Positions 63,025 to 64,000 of a stretch of DNA of 64,000 nucleotides are shown here, in pieces. Every line of letters begins with the position of its first letter. Position 1 is the stretch's first letter. The notes beneath the pieces were generated by a model. It was not told the DNA's origin. It saw nothing but the letters and a program-made list of their open reading frames with translations, and searched no databases. The stretch is taken from contig NC_086108.1 of the NCBI RefSeq assembly GCF_963921235.1, positions 56,980,001 through 57,044,000 of the forward strand. Reading direction: 5' to 3'. The position numbers and the translations under genes were made by a program. The stretch comes from Mobula hypostoma. Taxonomy: Eukaryota.

Positions 63025-63105
63025 CTTTATCCTTTCAATATTTGACTCTTTTTTAAGCTGCTGAACTGTCCTTGCTGCTTGTGCTATGTTGTTGGTGCTA
63101 GCCAT
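63025..63105 (-). CDS. GNG12: GNG12 first coding exon (MASTNNIAQAARTVQQLKKESNIERIK)
   Basis: Acceptor tract ttgtgcctccttttcgtgcag with exon starting at 63132; ATG at 63105; GTAAGG donor after 63025; matches G-gamma-12 ASTNNIAQARRTVQQL..E..IERIK. Confidence 0.93.
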
Positions 63106-63729
63106 TCTTGCTAATACTTTCAAAGTTGATACCTGCACGAAAAGGAGGCACAATAGTGCAAATGCACAAAACTAGAGACATAATGGACTTTTATATCACT
63201 TTAAAATTATATACCTACTTTGACTCTTCAAAGATATTGCTGATTTTTAGTGGCGTTGAAATGAAATCCTGCAAAATTAAACAAATTCAGTATCAATGAA
63301 TATAGAGGATCAAAATTAAAGCAACATTATTCCCAACTACAAATTGTTTTTTTGGTATAGGTGTATTACATTGGTTTTTAGATCACTAAATACAAGTTGT
63401 AAGAGATTCCATGAATAAAGTTATATTGATCAAATGTATAAAACAGTGAAATTAATATTACTGTCTCCTAACATACAGCAGTGCAGCACAGAAACAGGCC
63501 TTGAAGCTCACAAATATTACACCAAACTAATTAGTGCTGTTAAAATGAAGTTAATAATGTCAATACATTCATACAATTCTGGATGTGAAGAACTCCAATT
63601 ACAATTTCATTATTAGATTTTCCTCTTTAAAATTTAAGAAATTTGAGAAACAAGTCTTAAAAAAAATTGACACAACATACTTCGGTGTTAAATATTGTCT
63701 GTATAACATTATCAAAACTGGAAAAAATG

Positions 63730-63965
63730 AGATGTGTTTACAAAACAGCCTTTCACTACCTCAAGGTTTCTCAAATTCTTTAAGCCAATAAAATACTTTT
63801 GAAGGGTAGTTTCTGTTTTCCTGTAGGGAATATGGCATGCAATTTGCACACAGCAAGCTTCAGTGAAAGCAAGGTAATAATGCCCAAATAATCGAGATTT
63901 TTCCAGTAATGTTGTTTGAGGGCTAAGTATTGGCATGGGATCAGGTACGATTAAGCTATTCTTGG
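63730..63965 (-). mobile_element. Deu-domain SINE (SacSINE1/AmnSINE-like)
   Basis: gcctttcactacctca..agccaataaaatacttttgaag..aatttgcacacagcaag..gagggctaagtattggc resembles the DeuSINE core and tail, recognised from memory. Confidence 0.6.
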
Positions 63966-64000
63966 AGTTATCATTGTCGTTCACCAGAAGCTTAACTGGA

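Overview
Vertebrate genomic DNA, most likely a cartilaginous fish (shark or ray). This is inferred from the repeat landscape: dense CR1/HER1-type LINEs, a V-SINE, a Deu-domain SINE and Penelope tails. Two host genes are present and convergently oriented. GADD45A is complete on + (4 coding exons, CDS 19690-20939, 155 aa) inside a TE-poor CpG island. GNG12 is on - (coding exons 63025-63105 and 54970-55095, 68 aa, CAAX = CIIL) with a probable ~4.4 kb 3'UTR; its 5' non-coding exons and promoter lie beyond the window. The GADD45A-GNG12 tail-to-tail pairing matches the mammalian arrangement. Most of the rest is decayed, often nested transposons: CR1, Rex1/Babar-like, RTE tails, L2, a Hero/RLE fragment, Penelope, a Gypsy pol fragment, a solo LTR, Tigger/pogo, Tc1 and a mariner MITE. 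Most entries in the ORF track are TE fragments or spurious. I found no convincing wholly new system. The best leads are decayed minimal hammerhead ribozymes in Penelope repeats, a conserved Oct-CCAAT-Oct promoter module with no obvious intronic p53 site in GADD45A, an apparently truncated G-gamma-12 N-terminus, a palindromic bidirectional poly(A) signal, and a solo LTR expanded by higher-order tandem repeats. TE family names come from motif recognition, not database searches, and TE boundaries are approximate unless a TSD or TIR is given.
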